The notes under the pieces were generated by a model. It was not told the DNA's origin. It ran no database searches and was given only the letters and a program-made list of their open reading frames with translations. DNA of 24,000 bases from Haloimpatiens lingqiaonensis (GTDB lineage: Bacteria; Bacillota; Clostridia; Clostridiales; Clostridiaceae): the NCBI RefSeq assembly GCF_044502415.1, contig NZ_CP172402.1; one strand, given 5' to 3'. Both the position numbers and the translations under genes were made by a program. Positions 23,916-24,000 of this stretch are shown here, one piece after another; the first letter of the stretch is position 1; each line of letters starts with the position of its first letter.

Positions 23916-24000
23916 TTAAGTATAAGATAGTTGAAAATTTTAATGTGCATAATTGGGTCTATAGTGATTTAAAAGGTCATTAATACATAAGTAATATCAC

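Noticed and set aside
22549-23941. 11-bp exact direct repeat TTGAAAATTTT (22549-22559 and 23931-23941), considered as an IS target-site duplication
   Set aside because: The left copy abuts the transposase stop codon, and no inverted repeats sit inside these positions. A/T-only 11-mers are expected by chance in this composition.
1-24000. Search for CRISPR arrays, tRNA/rRNA genes and known defence-system genes
   Set aside because: I saw no regularly spaced repeat-spacer array and no cloverleaf-compatible or rRNA-like sequence. No nuclease, helicase, methylase or reverse-transcriptase-type ORFs are present.

Overview
Strongly AT-rich chromosomal segment that looks like Clostridium (Firmicutes), judged from codon usage, protein sequences and the glmS ribozyme. 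All calls come from reading the sequence and recalling protein families; no searches were run.

Gene order:
1. A decayed phage-type switch: a partial cI-like repressor divergent from a cro-like HTH gene, with three operator repeats between them, followed by a truncated phage replication ORF that has no start codon.
2. A dCache methyl-accepting chemotaxis protein.
3. psd, a TetR regulator, a UbiB/ABC1 kinase with a phasin-like protein, and a carboxyltransferase (oadA/pycB-like) that lacks a biotin domain.
4. The glmS ribozyme and glmS.
5. Two small membrane-protein genes.
6. A DnaD-domain phage replisome-organizer gene with extreme low-complexity repeats. Next to it is an 813-bp ORF-free region with tandem repeats, a near-pure A/T tract and a block of G-runs of G-quadruplex type.
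7. arsC, an ArsP-type permease, a thioredoxin-like protein and arsR.
8. aroA (with two large in-frame low-complexity insertions), aroC and a COG4087 HAD protein.
9. A GGDEF cyclase frameshifted in an A7 run.
10. An IS4-family insertion sequence.

I saw no CRISPR array, tRNA, rRNA or recognisable defence-system gene.

The most unusual material is the orphan replication module with its flanking non-coding region (13147-18065, possibly a decayed integrated element carrying the ars genes). The second is the recurrent repeat-driven low-complexity expansions inside otherwise conserved proteins (aroA, the DnaD-like protein, the MCP N-terminus). Both are hypotheses drawn from sequence patterns, not demonstrated systems.
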